Source: Paragordius varius (taxonomy: Eukaryota > Animalia > Nematomorpha). From it: a stretch of DNA of 64,000 nucleotides. The first letter of the stretch is position 1. The number at the start of each line of letters is the position of its first letter. Location of the stretch: NCBI GenBank assembly GCA_964247055.1, contig OZ176057.1, forward strand, positions 3,906,001 through 3,970,000. Direction: 5' to 3'. The notes beneath the pieces are model-generated. The model was not told the origin of the DNA, made no database searches, and saw only the letters and a program-made list of their open reading frames with translations. The position numbers and the translations under genes were made by a program. Below are positions 62,101-64,000 of the stretch, in pieces.

Positions 62101-62722
62101 CATATTGCCTGGAAAAAAATATATATATTTCAGTTCCAGCAACGAAAAAAACACCAAAATTAACGTTATTAAATTTAATGTTGTAAAAAAAATAACGGCA
62201 AGCAAGTTTAAGATGATGTTTACATCGAATTCCCGAAACATGCGCCTAGAAAACTAAACTGGGCATATTTTACTAAACCGAAATTAAATAAATACGTTCG
62301 TTTAAAGACACATTATTCAAATTTTAAGTTGAATAAATGATTATACCTTGTTGCTGTCCTGTTCCGCCGGCACCAACGAGCGGTAATCCCGGTGGCGGCG
62401 GTGGAGGCAAAAGCGGGTGATGGGGACCTCCTCCCTGTCCCTGTTGATGTGGTTGTTGGGATGAAGATGCTCCTGAATGATGATGAGGGTGATACTTCAA
62501 ATGGGGCGGAGGCATGCCCATAGGGTGGAATGGGGGCGGCACACACGGTGGTGGAATCATATGGTGATGGGGATGGTGGTGGTGATAAGGAGGAAGCGGC
62601 ATGGGTGGATGATGGGGTAAAATCCCACCCGTCGCACCACCGGTTTGAGAAGATGCCGCTGCCGCCGATGATGTATTGGCATTGTTGGAAGATGGTGGTA
62701 GGGGGGCTACTAAAGGCCACAT
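52298..62722 (-). CDS. GW182/TNRC6 (Gawky)-like Argonaute-binding protein, Asn-rich, ~1,697 aa if the ATG at 62722 is the start (5' end uncertain). Exons (minus): 62347..62722, 61896..62108, 59665..61440, 59098..59238, 58513..58749, 57760..58199, 55776..56022, 54708..55149, 53199..53794, 52298..52923
   Basis: TNGWGRIPIKQDTSWDM matches the TNRC6 GWGxxxIKQDTxWD motif (recalled). Repeated xGTxxW motifs (ITGTSLW, TLGTNLW, DDGTDIW) resemble DNGTSAWG Ago hooks. The protein is low-complexity N/S/G. The last exon LKLIHNG...VQTLQAIL is weakly M-domain-like. All ten exons join in phase (5094 nt). Confidence 0.75.
53983..54645. mobile_element. Second copy of hAT-like family E, right end decayed
   Basis: Starts TAGGGTTGTGCATTTGACT and is colinear with 47843-48428 throughout. 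Confidence 0.75.
55185..55455. mobile_element. MITE family A copy
   Basis: ACCATTTAAAC... left end after (TA)n, family core, gggtgaatttgaattataaaaggt right end. Confidence 0.7.
56240..56580. mobile_element. MITE family A copy
   Basis: ACCATTTACAATTCAAATTCACCC x4 on the left; inverted repeats ending tctaaatgga on the right. Confidence 0.8.
57381..57710. repeat. Degenerate foldback (inverted repeat) in the largest GW182 intron
   Basis: aaggccatggtgcacgagtaa (~57446) and ttattcgtgcaccatggccctt (~57616) are inverted, with weaker purine/pyrimidine-rich arms extending outward. Confidence 0.6.
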
Positions 62723-64000
62723 TTCAATATATTTCCCAAGAAAAAAAGTTTATCTTAAAAAGAATTAAATGCTGAATGAAGAAAGACTAATGTTTGCGTA
62801 TTTGTGTGTGTGTGATAGAATAAGTTTATAAACGAGAGATGCTAATTATTATTGCAAACATAAAAGAGTTGTTAGTTGTCAATGATACTCTGAGAAATTT
62901 TTTGGTTTCACGGCTATTATAACTAAGAAGTATCATCCATTATATGATGGCCAGGAAAAAATGCAACCAAGGGTAACCGGAATCTATGTAATATACTTTA
63001 ATGAGAATGATAATAAAATGCAGCTTTCACTTAATAATTGAGATATTTGAAGAGTACAAGACCAAACTAAATGTTTAAATTTTGAGCCATATACTATATT
63101 TGGTGGGTATTAATAAGGAACCAGAATATTTATGTGAGATGGTGGGTTCCGTCTTGTTTGGTAAATTTATTGATATAAACCGCTACAGATGTCGTTAAAG
63201 ATAGAATGAGAATATCCGATTATATTTTGAGGAGCTGGGATGTAAAGAAAAATTATAATAATTTTGAATAGATATGGACTTTGGATTCAGGAATATGTTA
63301 AATAGGTAACTCTGTATTGAAAACCAATAATGTAAATCGCAAAATCCACACGATTTATGAGCAATTGGGTATTATATCAATAGGTGAAGCAAGATAAGAT
63401 TTGATATTTTTTAGAATTTTTTAATATAAAGAAATAATTAAGTGCATTAAAGAACTTGATCCCTGTGCTAAATTGGAGAGAATATGGAATCAGAATATAT
63501 TAATTTTTATATATAACAAGATACTTCGAATATGTTATAAAAACTTGGGGATAAGGTATAAATATAATGGATATTATAGAATATTTTAAATATACCAAAT
63601 ATATGTTGGTTTAGAATGCACATAAAATGATAAAAACACAGTAAAAGCTTTAAAATGAGAATTAAAATGTCGGATCTATCTCAGTAAATCAATTGAATGA
63701 ATGTATGCACATAACGTCTATGTATAAAAAAAAACTAGTTTATGCGTAGAAAAAATACTAATGTTTTACACTCTGTTATATAACTTTTTGTATAATAAAA
63801 ATATAATTTTTTTTATTTTATTATAAATATTGGACAAGATTATATTTTCAATAAAGTAACAGAAAATAATATAAAATGTATGAAATATCGATTTTTTTAC
63901 ACGCCAAATATAGGCTACATTGGTTATATAATATATTTTATAGTATATGAATAATAATATTTCTCCTTGAAAAAAAACAACAAATAATAATGATATATAC

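Noticed and set aside
53146-62775. Plus-strand and alternate-frame ORFs overlapping GW182 (e.g. 59670-60020, 60084-60395, 60942-61328, 62313-62720)
   Set aside because: These are shadow ORFs of low-complexity codons on the coding strand, with no independent motifs.
62800-63600. Possible decayed reverse-transcriptase fragment (FGFR, EYGIR-like words)
   Set aside because: Motif order is inconsistent and no YADD-like core was found. It needs a translated HMM search.

Overview
Very AT-rich (roughly 20-25% GC by eye), intron-containing animal genomic DNA. The species cannot be determined from the window. Manual splicing on both strands gives five protein-coding genes with consistent exon phases. 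(1) A 5'-truncated class A peptide-type GPCR (+, to 6317) with a ~400-aa third intracellular loop and no NPxxY. (2) A divergent theta-class GST (-, 10422-14471); the orphan ORF at 10422 is its last exon. (3) SNX1/2 (-, 14 exons). (4) ERO1 (+, 15 exons), head-to-head with SNX across 211 bp. (5) A ~1,700-aa Asn-rich GW182/TNRC6-like gene (-) that appears to stop before the usual C-terminal silencing domain. Introns and intergenic DNA hold several MITE/foldback families, a Helitron, hAT-like elements and two decayed RTE-type LINEs. The most unusual signal is the splicing architecture. Five 25-31 nt introns sit beside multi-kb introns. The 5' splice-site consensus is highly degenerate (11/40 donors GTT, only 12/40 with +5 G). 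Six introns contain duplications (five of them tandem arrays) that copied an exon end plus its splice site, leaving runs of decoy splice junctions. No CRISPR, tRNA or rRNA was found. TE boundaries are approximate unless a TSD is quoted. Homologue motifs are quoted from memory, not from a database search.
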